This document shows, one piece after another, positions 17,096-39,523 of a stretch of 64,000 bases of DNA. Positions within the stretch are counted from its first letter, which is position 1. Every line of letters starts with the position of its first letter. Made by a program: the position numbers and the translations under genes. The notes beneath the pieces are model-generated. The model was not told the DNA's origin. It saw only the letters and a program-made list of their open reading frames with translations, and did no database searches. This DNA comes from the human T2T-CHM13v2.0 reference genome, Homo sapiens. The stretch lies in NCBI RefSeq assembly GCF_009914755.1, contig NC_060943.1. One strand, given 5' to 3'.

Positions 17096-19351
17096 TTAGC
17101 TGGCCATGGTGGTGCACACCTGCAGTCTTTAGCTACTCAGGAGACAGGAAGATCACTGGAACCCGTAAGTTTGAGGCTGCAATGGGCTATAACTGTACTA
17201 CACTCCAGCCTGGGCAAAAGGGAGACCATGTCTCAAAAAAAAAAAAAAAAAAAAAACTGGGATAGGCCAAAATCTAGGCCTCTTGTGCCAGTTAGCCAAG
17301 TTGTGAATGTAAAGTTCTTGAAGGAAACTAAAAGTGCTACTCCAGTGAACACACACATAATAAGAAAGGAAAACAGCCTCACCACTAACACGGAATAAGT
17401 TTTAGTGGTCTGGATAGAAGATCAGACCAGCCACAACATTCCCTTAAGCCAAAACCTAATCCAGAGCAAGGCCCTAACTCTAATTCTATGAAGGCTGAGA
17501 GGTGAGTTAGCTGCAGAAGAAATGCTGGAAGCTGGCAAAGATCAGTTCGTGAGGTTTAACAAGTCATTTCCATAACATAAAAGTACAAAGTGAAGTAGCA
17601 ATTGCTGATGTGGAATCTGCAGCAAGCATTTCCAGAATATCTAGATAAATGGCAGAGGTAGCTCTACTAGAGTTTTAACAGAGACAAAACAGCCTTACTT
17701 CAGGAGATGCCATTTAGGACTTTCACAGCTCTAGGTAAGCTAATATCTGACTTCAAAGATTCAAAGGACGGGCTGACTCTTTACTTTGTAGAGACAGCGT
17801 CACGCTCTGTTGTGCTGGCTGGTCTTGAACTCTTGACCTCAAGTGATCCTCCAACCTCAGCCTCCCAAAGCACTGGAATTACAGGTGTAAGCCACTTTTC
17901 CCAGCCTGGGCTGGCTTTCTTGTTAGAGGTCAATGCAGTTGGTGACTTTAAATGAATGCTAATATTCAATTACCATTCCAAAAATCCAAGAGCCAGTTAA
18001 GAATTATGCTACATCTACTCTTCCTGTGGTATCTATTTACATCTATTTACAGCATGGTTTACTGAATATTTTAAGCCCACTGTAAAACATACTGTTCAGA
18101 GATTCCTTTCAAAATATTACCACTGATAATGAACCTACTAACCAAGAGCTCTTATGGAGGTATAAACAAGATTGGTGTTTTCATGTCTGCTAACCGCAGC
18201 CCATGGATTCTGGAATAATTCTGACTTTCAAGTCTTATTATTTAAGAAATACATTTCATAAGGCTATAGCTGCCACTAATAATGCTTCTTCTGAGGGATC
18301 TGGATAAATTAAGTTGCAGACCTTGCAGAAAGGATTCTCCATTCTAGATGCCATTAACAACATTTATGATTCATGGAAGGAGGTCAAAATATCAACATTA
18401 AGGCAGGTGTGGTGGTGTGTGCCTGGAGTCTTGGCTACTCAGGAGGCATAGGAAGGAGGATCACTTGAGGCCAGGAGTTCAAGGCTACAGTGTGCTCTCA
18501 TCGTGCTGGTGAATACCCACTTGTACTCCAGCATGAACAACACAGCGAGACCTTGTCTCTAAAAAAAATTTTTTTAATTAAAAAAATAAAAACCAACATT
18601 AACCAGAGTTTGGAAGAAGTTGATTCCAACCTTCATAGGTGACTCTGAGGGGTTCAAGTCTTCAGTGGAAAAAGTAACTGTGGATGTGATGGAAAAAAGA
18701 GAACTAGAATTAGAAGTGGAGCCTGAAGATGTGACAGAATTGTTTCAATCTCGTGAAAAAACTTGAACAGATGAGAGGCTGCTTTGTATAGATAAGCAAA
18801 GAAAGTGGTTTCCTGAAATGAAATCTACTCCTGAAGATGCTGTGAACATTGTTGAAAAGACAACAGACTTAGAATATTACATCAACTTAGTTGATCAAGC
18901 AGTGGCGAAGTTTGAGAGGATTAAGTCCAATTCTAAAAGAAGTTCCACTATGCGTAAAATGTTATCAAACAGCGTCGAATGCTAAAGAGAAGTTTTTCAT
19001 GTAATGAAGAGTCAATCAATGCAGCAATCTTCACTGCTGTCTTATTTTAAGAAACTGCCACAGCCACCCTGATCAACAGCCATCAACACTGAGGCAAGAC
19101 CTACCACAAGCAAAAAGATTACAACTCACCAAAGTCTCACATGATCATTAGCACTTTTTGGCAATAAAGTATTTTAAACTAAGGTACTTTACTTAGACAT
19201 AACACAACTGCACACAAGAGACTACCATATGATGTAAACCTAACTTATATGCACTGGGAAACCAAAACATTTGTATGATTCATGTTATTGTGATATTCAC
19301 TTTATAGTGGTAGTCTGGAACAAAACTCACAATATCTACAGGGCATGCCTG
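16142..19351 (+). mobile_element. Long Tigger1 DNA transposon with both termini, interrupted by four Alu pieces
   Basis: TA|CAGACATACCTC ... CATGCCTG|TA; transposase start MASNCSSERRSCKFLTLDQKLEMINLSE at 16843; reading frame broken. Confidence 0.92.
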
Positions 19352-19534
19352 TATCTTGTATCAATAGGGTTTCTCTTCTCCATTGCAACATCTTATATAC
19401 TTAGAAAGGCCTAAGGAAATAATGAGGGCTTTCTGTGTTTTCTACATTGTATGGCCCCATGGTGAGTTCTCAAATGTTGGATTGTGACCACAATCCAATC
19501 CCTTGAGAAAAGAATGTGTATTAACAACGACTTA

Positions 19535-20113
<579 letters not shown>

Positions 20114-21283
20114 TCAGTGTGTTTTTAAATGTTTAGTAAGTAAATAAAATCTATTGTAGGCTTTCCCACATTCGTTACATATATAGGGTTTCTCTCCAGT
20201 GTGAATTCTAACATGTTTCTGTAGATGTGAAGAAGCACGGAAGGTTTTCCCACATTCCTTACATATATACGGTTTCTCTCCAGTGTGAGTTCTTATATGT
20301 TCAATGAGTTGTGAAGATGTAGCAAAGGCTTTCCCACAGTCCTTACATTCATAGGGCTTCTCTCCAGTATGGATTTTTACATGATTATGTAAGCTTGAGG
20401 AAACAGTGAATGCTTTCCCACACTCCTTACATTTATAGGGTTTTATTCCAGTGTGAATTCTAAAGTGATTCTTAAGGCATGAAGAGCTTCTGAAGGATTT
20501 TCCACATACCTTACATTCAAAGGGCTTCTCCTCTGTGTGAGTTTTAAAATGTTCAGTTAGTAGATAAAACCTATTGTAGGCTTTCCCACATTCGTTACAT
20601 TCATAGGGCTTCTCTCCAGTGTGTATTCGTACATGTTTAGTAAGGCCTGAGCGCCCAGCGAAGGCTCTTCCACATTCCTTACATTGATAAGGTTTCTCTC
20701 CAGTATGAATTCTTACATGTTCAACTAGGTGTGAAGAAACAGTGAAGCATTTCCCACATTCCTTACATTCATAGGGTTTCTCCCCAGTATGGGTTCGCAT
20801 GTGACTATTAAGATATGAAGAATATCTAAAGAATTTTCCACATTCCTTACATTCGTAGGGTTTTTCTACAGTATGCATTTTAACAGACACAGCATGGCTT
20901 GTGGAGTAAGTAAAAGCTCTCCCACATTGCTTCTGTTCATAGAGTGTTTCTCCATTGTGAGTTATCCTATTTGCCTGAAGATGTGACTGATCAACAAAGG
21001 CTTCCTCACAGTCACTGTATTCAAAGGATTTGTCTCCTATCCACGTTCTCTGGTGAACATTTGGTGGCAGGCTGAAGGCTTTTCTGCACTGATTCAACAC
21101 AGAAAGTGTCTCTCCAGCAGGGGCACTGTTGTGTAACATGGGAAAGTTTTCTCCATACTCATCACAGTCATAAGTGTCCCCTGTATTTTCAGTTCCCATG
21201 TGTGCATTAAGGCATGAGTGTTCACTGAAGATTTCTCCATTTTCCATAAAGTCACAGAGTTCCCCTCCATTGTGGATTTCTGC
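20114..21283 (-). CDS. ZNF121: Zinc finger protein 121, main coding exon (9 intact C2H2 fingers plus degenerate N-terminal fingers; 390 aa with the upstream ATG)
   Basis: Acceptor TTAACAG|GCA at 21283 adds AEIHNGGELCDF before the ORF-track Met; TGEKPY linkers; sequence recognised as ZNF121. Confidence 0.93.
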   Translation of the reverse strand, partial: AEIHNGGELCDFMENGEIFSEHSCLNAHMGTENTGDTYDCDEYGENFPMLHNSAPAGETLSVLNQCRKAFSLPPNVHQRTWIGDKSFEYSDCEEAFVDQSHLQANRITHNGETLYEQKQCGRAFTYSTSHAVSVKMHTVEKPYECKECGKFFRYSSYLNSHMRTHTGEKPYECKECGKCFTVSSHLVEHVRIHTGEKPYQCKECGRAFAGRSGLTKHVRIHTGEKPYECNECGKAYNRFYLLTEHFKTHTEEKPFECKVCGKSFRSSSCLKNHFRIHTGIKPYKCKECGKAFTVSSSLHNHVKIHTGEKPYECKDCGKAFATSSQLIEHIRTHTGEKPYICKECGKTFRASSHLQKHVRIHTGEKPYICNECGKAYNRFYLLTKHLKTH

Positions 21284-21636
21284 CTGTTAATAAAGGGATG
21301 AATGATGATTAAAGGATTTTTCAGATTTATCAACAGATTTTACCCATCTGAAATCAGACAGTTTATTATGATTATAATTTTTGCCATTTTCATTACATGC
21401 ATACAGTTGCTGCCCCATGTATTTCTTACAAGTTGAATGAAGAAAACCTACTGGCAAGAACCCTGTGCCATTTGCTCTAAGAACCTTGAAATAATTCCTG
21501 TATATTTTCATGAAATTGTTTTTATAATCTAGCTACATATGTGATAATTTGTACTTGTGAGAATGCTGAAGCACCAAGTTTTAAGATAGGATTAAGGTAT
21601 CCCCAAATGCATTACATTTAGAGTATCCCTCTAGAG

Positions 21637-22142
21637 CAGAGGTCCCCAACCTTTTTGCTACCAGAGACTGATTTCGTAGATGACAATTTTTCCACAAACA
21701 GGGGTGGAATAGGGGTGGGATAGGGATGGTTTCAGCATGATTCAACAACATTACATTTACTGTGACTTTATTTCTATTATTATTACATTGTAATATATAA
21801 TGAAATAATTATACAACTCACCATAAAATAGGATCAGCAGGAGGCCTGAGCTTGTTTTCCTGCAACTAGACAGTCCCATCTAGGTGATGGGAGACAGTGA
21901 CAGATCATCAGTCTCATAAGGAGCACACAATCTAGAACCCTCGCATGGGTGGTTCACAGTAAGGTTTGTGCTTCTATGACAATCGAATGCTGCTACTGAC
22001 AGGTGGAGTATATGACAGGCAGTAATACAAGCGATGGGGAATGGCTATACACACAGATGAAGTTTCGTTCATCTGCCACTTACCTCCTGCTGTGCAGCCC
22101 AGTTCCTAACACTAACAGAAACAGTACCAGTGGGGACCCTTG
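21637..22142 (+). mobile_element. MER1A-like hAT-Charlie DNA transposon in the last intron
   Basis: CAGAGGTCCCCAACC...GGGGACCCTTG inverted termini; perfect 8-bp TSD CTCTAGAG (21629-21636, 22143-22150). Confidence 0.9.
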
Positions 22143-22268
22143 CTCTAGAGACATTCCTCCTGCTTGAGTAAATGTTACCTCTCTCAAATATCTCTCATTT
22201 TTGCTGATTTTTTATAATTGAATCCCAATCTTTTTTTGAGTGTGGTAAATAAGAAATCTTAATCTTAC

Positions 22269-22271
22269 CAT
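22269..22271 (-). CDS. ZNF121: ZNF121 start codon, the last 3 nt of exon 3
   Basis: CAAATG|GTAAGA donor; splices in frame to GCA GAA ATC, giving MAEIHNGG. Confidence 0.85.
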
Positions 22272-22349
22272 TTGTATGCCGTTTGATGTTTTGTTAAGCC
22301 AAAAAAAAATGTTGTTGAGGTGCTGACACTTTGGTTTTAACTTGCCATT
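22269..22349 (-). other. ZNF121: ZNF121 exon 3 (81 nt; former post-KRAB spacer exon, now 5' UTR)
   Basis: Polypyrimidine tract plus TTCAG acceptor, GTAAG donor; ancestral frame EWQVKTKVSAPQQHFF/WLNKTSNGIQM. Confidence 0.85.
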
Positions 22350-22409
22350 CTGAAGTAAAACAGAAAAAAAGAAAAAAAAATAGGGTCTGAGAACAAAACA
22401 GTAGGTTAA

Positions 22410-22676
<267 letters not shown>

Positions 22677-23175
22677 TAGCTTGGATTACAGGTGCCCACC
22701 ACCAGGCCCGGCTAATTTTTGTATTTTTAGTAGAGACGGGGTTTCTCCATGTTGGCCAGGCTGGTCTCAACTCCTGACCTCAAAAGATCCACCCGCCTCA
22801 GCCTCCCAAAGTGCTGGGATTACAGGCATAAGCCACCATGCCCAGCAATTTAGTAATTTTTTAAACAATTTATTCTATAGAAATTAAATGAGATAATGAA
22901 CAGAAATAGTATTAGGGAAGGAAAATAGAAATGATCTGGATAAAGAGCACACATTAAAGTCATAAACAAAAAGATAAAAGAGCACTCATTTGCAAAATCA
23001 CATGAAAGTCTGGGTTAGATGAAAAAGAGAGGAATATGGAAAGTTGAAGATACCCTAAAACTTCCAAGTCCAATGGCCCCATGTTCTGTGACAAAGTACA
23101 TCTTTTAAATATATCTTCATTATGCTTCCAAACATACTGAACTTCTCATTGACCAGGAGTGTTCTTCATACTCAC

Positions 23176-23256
23176 CTTGGGGAACTCCGGTTGGCAATGT
23201 GCTCAACTTTTCCTTCTCCTCCTCCAGTCAAGAGACAGACTGAGTTTGAATAGGTC
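23176..23256 (-). other. ZNF121: ZNF121 exon 2 (81 nt; decayed KRAB-B box exon)
   Basis: CCTCTGTACAG acceptor, CAAG|GTGAGT donor; LFKLSL/S*LEEEKEKLSTLP resembles KRAB-B LFKPSLISWLEEEE. Confidence 0.82.
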
Positions 23257-23670
23257 CTGTACAGAGGGAAAGATACATCAATGGAAGAGGCTTATGAAGG
23301 AAATGACAAACGTAACCAAGAAAAAAATAACTATATTCCTAAAGAGAGTAGTGAAACTATTTTAAAAGAGCTCAAATTTCATATATCTCATCCTTTTGTG
23401 CCCTGAGGAGTTGGTTATCTCTGACCAAATACCCACTATTCAGACTTAAATACACATTTAAAAACCATTAAAGACTGGGCGCAGTGGCTCATGCCTGTAA
23501 TCCCAGAACTTTGGGAGGCTGAGGTGGGAGAATCACCTGAGCCTGGGGAGGTTGAGGCTGCAGTGAGTCATGATTGCACCACTGTACTCCAACCTAGGTG
23601 ACAAAGTGAGACCCTGTCTTAAAAAAAATAAAATAAAAACCATTAAAACGTGTATTCAAATAGGAAATAA

Positions 23671-23869
<199 letters not shown>

Positions 23870-23872
23870 TAA

Positions 23873-24322
<450 letters not shown>

Positions 24323-24419
24323 TGAGCCGAGATCATGCCACTGCACTCCAGGCTGGGCAACAGAGCAAGATTCCATCCAAAAACAAAAGAATCAGAGAGC
24401 TTCTTTAGGACACCCCTGA

Positions 24420-26270
24420 AATAAAGTTATTTCTTATGTTCTCAGGGCTGAAATTGTTATAATTAATGAGGCTCATATGCCAGAGCTTCCCTGGCATAAT
24501 GTGAAGGAGGGAATCCTAGAGAGACAGGAGTGTTGCACTGGATTTACTATGTGTCATCTGTATAGCCCACTCCCCCGCCCTTTGTTGACAGAGCAGAAGA
24601 CACTCTCTTCACAAAGGTTATTAAGAGAGTAGTGGCGGGAGTGTCGTAATCCTTGAAAAGCTCTGTTGGTATTCTCCTTCATAGGACAGGTATGACTGCA
24701 AAGAATACCATCACTGAGATGAGTTCCCTGGGTTTTTTTGTTTGTTTGTTTGTTTTTGAGACGGAGTTTTGCTCTTGTTGCCCAGGATGGAGTGCAATGA
24801 CGCAGTCTAGGCTCACTGCAACCTCCGCCTCCTGGGTTAAAGCGATTCTCCTGCCTGAGCCTCCCAAGTAGCTGGGATTACAGGCACCTGCCACCACACT
24901 TGGCTAATTTTTTGCGAGGGGGGGGGGTATTTTTAGTACAGACGGGGTTTAACCATATTGGCCAGGATGGTCTAGAACTCCTGGCCTCAGGTGATCTGCC
25001 CGCCTCAGCCTCCCAAAGTGCTGGGATTACAGGCGTGAGCCACCGCACCCAGCCGAGTTCCCTGCTTTCAATCGAGATGAAGGGGACCCAGAATAGCAGA
25101 AATCAAGAAGGTAGTATTTAATCACCAAACACAAGGTGAGAAAATCAACTATCAAGGACAGTGGAAATGTACCAGTAATCAGAATGCCCTGACCTACAGA
25201 GATCTGTGGTGGTGGCTAACTGATCGTGCTGTCCCTAGAAATGAAATAGATAAGCAGTTAACAAAGCCTACTCTAAAGAGCCACAAAATATATGTTAGGC
25301 ATTATGGGCCACATGGTCTCTGTTGCAGCTACTCAACTCTGCTGTTGTAGCATGGAAAATACCATAGAAAATGTAAACAAATGAACACGGTTGTGTTCTG
25401 ATTAAACTTTATATACAAAAAACACATGGAGAGACAGATATGGCCCATGGGCCATAGTGTACCAATCTCTGTACTTGAATACTGCTCCATCTATGTAAAA
25501 AGTCTAAACTATAGTAGCCAAAAACTGGATTTATCCCAGTGGAGAATCATAACCTGTCACTCAATTACCACACTGAAATCATTCATAAATCATGAACTTA
25601 GGTGATCACTCCAATTACCGCCATTTTTCAAAATGTAATGCCTTTACTAGATAAATCAACATAATTTCTGTCACTTGGTATGCAGGCATTGACATAGCTA
25701 ATGTCTTTTCTCCATACCAATTTGAAAAAAACAAGACTTGGTTACCTTTCACCTGGCAGGACCAACAATGTATCTTCATAACATTGCCCCTAGAATGTGT
25801 CAGTTCTCGAGGTCTCTGTCGTAACTTAATCCCCAGAGAAAATGACATTCCATGAAACACCACACTAGTACACTATGTTGACACCATTATACTGATCATA
25901 TCCAATGAATAGGAAGTAGAAAACACATTTTTAAAAATTAGAGACAGGGTCTTACTCTGTCACCCAGGCTGGATTAGAGTGGCATGATCATAGCTCACTA
26001 CAACTTCAAACTTCAAACTCCCGGGCTCAAGCAATCCTCCTGCCTCAGCCTCCCGAGTATGTGGGACTATAGGCACATACTACCATGCCTGGCTAATTGT
26101 TTTTCTTTTTCTTTTTACTATAGACATGAGGTTTCACTACGTTGCCCAGGCTAGTCTCAAACACCTGGTCTCAAGCAATCCTCCCACGTCAGCCTCCCAG
26201 TGTTAGGATTACGGGCATGAATCATTGTGCCCTGCCTGAAAATACCTTAGACAACTTTATTAGAAGCATG
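24420..26270 (+). mobile_element. Ancient ERVL internal remnant (gag/RT), left part
   Basis: MPELPWHNVKEGI (gag-like), WYAGIDIANVF and FTWQDQQC (RT), LVHYVDTIIL (YxDD region). Confidence 0.72.
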
Positions 26271-26279
26271 CAGCATTTA

Positions 26280-34110
<7,831 letters not shown>

Positions 34111-34119
34111 TTTTTTGAA

Positions 34120-35200
34120 TTTTCAAATAGAGGGTGGGAGATTCTGGGGCCACCATGTCTGTGGGTAAAGATATTCCCTTGTCAGCCAGGCGCGGGTGGC
34201 TCACACCTGTTATCCCAGCACTTTGGGAGGCTGAGACGGGCGGATCACGACGTCAGGAGATTGAGACCATCCTGGCTAACACGGTGAAACCTCGTCAATA
34301 CTAAAAATACAAAAAATTAGCCGGGCGTGTTGGCGGGCACCTGTAGTCCCAGCTACTCAGGAGGCTGAGGCAGGAGAATGGCGTGAACTCGGGAGGCAGA
34401 GTTTGCAGTAAGCCCAGTTTGTGCCACTGCACTCCAGCCTGGGTGACAGAGAAAAACTAGTCTCAAAAAGAAAAAAAGAAAAAAAAAAAGATAGATATTC
34501 CCTTGTCTGGATCATGTAAAGACATTCCCTACAAAAAGACATTCCCTGCAAGATGTCCCTCCAAGTTACTTCACCTAATACCACCTACCACTAAAAACGA
34601 GCAATGAGCCATGATTATGCCATTGCCCTCCAGCCTGGGTGATCCAGCAAGACTCAAAAAAGAAAAAAAAAAAAACTCAGTATGGGGGTTTCTCAAAAAA
34701 CTAAAAATAGAACTGTCAATAGAGCTACCACCCGTAAACCTCTTGAATTTTGGAGGCAACATATACATTTGTATGTGCTTTAACGCCCCACACAGTTGCC
34801 TGTAAGGATTCTAGTTTCAACTGTAGACAAGAGCAATTTCAGGCTGCACTGCAGGCTTCCCAAGCACTTGGTCCACCTGATCCAGCAGACCCAATGATAC
34901 TCAACGTGTCCATGTTAAATGGCATCCTATTTATTGGAAGCCTCTGGCATACACCAACAGAAGATGTAGAGTAGAGGCCTCTGGTATTCCATAGTCAATC
35001 CATGCCCTCTTGTGCAGATTAACTGTTTCTCTTTTGAGAAACAGGTTGTGGTTTGCCACTACCATGCGATAGAGAATGAACAACTAATCATGGGACATGA
35101 AGTAACTAAGGCAGATCTGAGTAATTTGAGACTTTCTGGTCCCCAAAGCACGAAGTACATACTGTCAGCCCTTATCAAACAAAGGTTGTCAGCTTCTCCT
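34120..35200 (+). mobile_element. ERVL pol remnant, right part
   Basis: FWRQHI and ALGPPDPADPMILNVS motifs continue the RT/tether region broken at about 26.27 kb. Confidence 0.68.
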
Positions 35201-35313
35201 TTAGGCCAAAAACCCCGAGTTTGTAGGAAATCGCATGAAATAAAGGAATATTTACACACACCATGAGAATCCAATCAGAAATATCTGATTGTATGACTTT
35301 CTAAGAGAATGAG

Positions 35314-35815
35314 TGTTAGGAATAACGCTCAAAATCCTAAGGAAATTGAACACTCGAACAAAGGATTCTTAGCAAAGCAATTTTACTTCTGTGCAGAGGG
35401 GTGCCTCCTTGACCAGTTGCCATGAGAGCACACCTGAACAAAGGGGCATGAGAGCCTTTACTCCTGATGCAAGTCCTGCCCCTGTACCCTTTCCCTATTG
35501 GCCGGGGTCAGGTCGTACAATCTAAACTAATCCCGGTTGGTGAAACACCTGATTTTTTTTAGATAGGGTGGGCACGTAGAAGAAAAGTGGAGAGGAAGGG
35601 GAAGGGATGTCTGTAGTGAGCTAGAAAGTCCTCTTTCTAAGTAAGGAAAGGTATGTGAGCTGGTACTGATAACGCTTTGTACTGTGGCATGCCTGGGCAT
35701 CTAACAAAGGCAAAAAGGAGAAAAAAGGAGAAAAAGGGGGGGTACTATGAATTAGAGAATAAAAGATTGATGAGATTATTTGAAGAGAAACCTCATCATA
35801 TCCTCATATCCCACA
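35314..35815 (-). mobile_element. Solo LTR10 (LTR10B-like)
   Basis: TGTGGGATATGA...TAACA on minus; shares CTCTTCAAA and CTAAACTAAT blocks with the other LTR10s in the window; TSD not clean. Confidence 0.75.
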
Positions 35816-36376
35816 GTGTGACTCTCCAAAAGTCAATATAATATACAATAATAACTGTTCTAGGTAAAAAGACACTGAAAACATTAACAATTGCAATGTA
35901 AAAATCTTGAATGGATCTTAAACCCAAAAACATCCAAGAGCATACGTTGAATCAATGCGGAGAATTTTAGTTATTATAAAAAGCAGACATTAGATGACAT
36001 TATTATTTTTTATTTAAGTGAAATACTAGTATTGTGGTTTCAGAATGACAGTGCTATTTTTTTAGGCGATGCATTACCAAGTATTTAAAGGTCAAGTATC
36101 ACGTGTGCAATTATGCTCAATTTACACTCAAATTGTTCACCATAAAATGTATTTACCTGAGGTGAAAGAAAACAAGCACAATGCTCAAAAAGTAAGTGTT
36201 CAGGCACAGTGGCTCACACCTGTAATCCCAGCATTTTGGGAGGCCGAAGCAGGTGAACTGCCTGAGCTCAGGATTTCGAGACCAGCCTGGCCAACATGGT
36301 GAAACCTTGTCTCTACTAAAATACAAAAAAAAATTAGCTGGGCATGGCGGCATGTGCCTGTGTCCCAGCTACTAGG

Positions 36377-36818
36377 TGTCAGGCCTCTGAGCCGAAGCCA
36401 AGCCATCAGACTCCCTGTGACCTGCACGTATACATCCAGATGGCCTGAAGCAACTGAAGAACAACAAGAAGAAGCGAAAATAGCTAGTTCCTGCCTTAAC
36501 TGATGACATTCCACCATTGTGATTTGTTCCTGCCCCAACCTAACTGATCAATTGACCTTGTGACATTCCTTCTCCTGGACAATGAATCTCAGGAGCTCCC
36601 CACTGAGCACCTTGTGATCCCCGCCCCTGCCCGCAAGAGAACAACCTCCTTTAACTGTAATTTTCCACTATCTACCCAAATCCTATAAAACTGCCCGACC
36701 CCTATCTCCCTTTGCTGACTCCTTTTCTGAACTCAGTCTGCCTGCACCCAGGTGATTAAAAGCTTTATTGCTCATACAAAGCCTGTTTGGTGGTCTCTTC
36801 ACATGGACGCACCTAATG
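36377..36818 (+). mobile_element. Solo LTR7 inserted in an AluS, antisense in ZNF121 intron 1
   Basis: TGTCAGGCCTCTGAGCC start; 5-bp TSD CTAGG (36372-36376, 36819-36823); collinear with LTR7 at 4320. Confidence 0.93.
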
Positions 36819-37281
36819 CTAGGGAGGCAGGAGAATTACTTGAACCTGGGAGGCAGAGGTTGCAGTGAGCCGAGATCGCACCTCTGCACCCCGACCCGGG
36901 TAGCAGAGCGAGACTCTGTCTCAAAAAAAAAAAAAAAAAAACTACTAGACTGGGTGTGTTAGATGTTCAAGTTTTCCCTAGGATCAAATTTTTCAGAAAA
37001 AAATGTCAAAACTACACTTAGTCTAAACATGCTGTTAATAAATTCAATAGATACTACTTTATTACACTAATACTAGAATAATATTCTGATTATAAAGCCT
37101 CCATCCTGGCCAGGAGCGGAGGCTCACGCCTGTAATCCCAGCTCTTTGGGAGGCCGTCAGGCGGATTACAAGGTCAGGAGTTCGAGACCAGCCTGGCGAG
37201 CATGGTGAAACCCTGTCTCCACTAAAAATACAAAAAAAAAAAATTAGCTGGGCATGGTCCCCATGCCTGTTGTCCCTGCTA

Positions 37282-37914
<633 letters not shown>

Positions 37915-38633
37915 TGATCTGCCCGCCTCGACCTCCCAAATGGCTGGGACTACAGGCGTGAGCCAGCGCGCCCAGCCTGCCTTTCTTTTGTAGAAAGGCT
38001 TGTAGCTGGTAACAACAAAAAACATTAAGTCCAAGAAAATAAAATAAGAAACTAAAGGCTCACAGTCTACACGTGTTCATATTTACATGCAGATATAGGC
38101 ACACCCTAAACGACTATTTTTTTTCCATCAGAAAGTAATGTGTCAAAAATAAGAATAGGACATCAATGCCAGATTCTCAGACGAGACATTTTTAAGCAAA
38201 GAAATGGAAGTCAGAGCCCTCTTGAAACCAATTTTCTGCAGGTGTTCACCAGGAACATGCCGGAAACGCCAGGTTCCTGAGGCGCGGAAATGCGGGGCCG
38301 GAGCCAACCTGACTGGAACGGCAGAAATCCTTTTACTTTCAGAAAGAAAGAAACTCACAAAGGTTGCTTTCCAAGCTTTTGAAGAAGGGAGCACAGCGGA
38401 TGAAACCACTCCAGAAAACGCGCGGAGTCGGGACAAACACACTTCCCGACCTGGCTCCTGACTGGGACCCACTGAGCCTGCGGCCTCTAGCCACTGGCCG
38501 CGCAAGGAGGACCGACAGCCCCTGGAGAAGAGAGTGAAACGAGGCGGATCGGAGAGGCTCCTGGGCGACAGCACCCAATCGTTCCTTTGCCGCCCCCCGC
38601 TATCTCCGGGATCCCCAAGCAGGCGGAACTCAC

Positions 38634-38710
38634 CACAGCCAGGGTGGACTCCACCACGATAAAGGCGAAATGGCACTGACCATGCGGAGCCAGCGCCGGA
38701 AAAGATGGCG
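38634..38710 (-). other. ZNF121: ZNF121 exon 1 (non-coding; TSS approximate)
   Basis: Consensus donor GTG|GTGAGT at 38633 just downstream of the promoter motifs. Confidence 0.75.
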
Positions 38711-38719
38711 ATTGTGCGC

Positions 38720-38734
38720 TGACGTCACTTCCGC
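38720..38734 (-). promoter_or_regulatory. Overlapping ETS-CRE composite motif GCGGAAGTGACGTCA
   Basis: Exact match TGACGTCACTTCCGC on plus strand. Confidence 0.85.
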
Positions 38735-39031
38735 TCCGAGCCTCGGGCCGGGCGGGGCTCCTGGGTTCGAGTTTCAGCCACATAGGACCCAGTCAAACAC
38801 AGAAATTGTAGTTTCTTCCCGGGTGGGCGCGGACAGGCCCTTACTTGGGGGCGGTTTAGAGGTGGGACCCGGCTAGCCGGCGGTTCAGGTGGCCGGACCT
38901 GCTGGAAGGGCGGGCGTGGGGGATGGGACGCACCCCAGGGGATGCTCCTGCAGAGCTTTTCCCAGGTGGGCACAGTGGCTAAGGCCTGTAAGTCCAACAC
39001 TTTGGGAGGCTAAGGCAGGTGGATAGCTTGA

Positions 39032-39523
<492 letters not shown>

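Larger units (their letters stand above)
38250..38940. promoter_or_regulatory. ZNF121: CpG-island promoter of ZNF121
   Basis: Only CpG-dense unique region in the window; YY1 AAGATGGCG (38702-38710), CRE+ETS (38720-38734), GC boxes (38750, 38848, 38908), partial ACTACAAT motif (about 38805-38812 minus). Confidence 0.88.

Noticed and set aside
20114-21247. ORF-track start at MENGEIF as the true N-terminus
   Set aside because: The frame is open to a splice acceptor at 21283 and an in-frame ATG|GT exists at 22271; this Met is residue 14
35685-35704. p53 response element in the LTR10B-like LTR (TGGCATGCCT GGGCATCTAA)
   Set aside because: Second half-site lacks the invariant G of CWWG; the similar site at about 28946 also has only one good half-site
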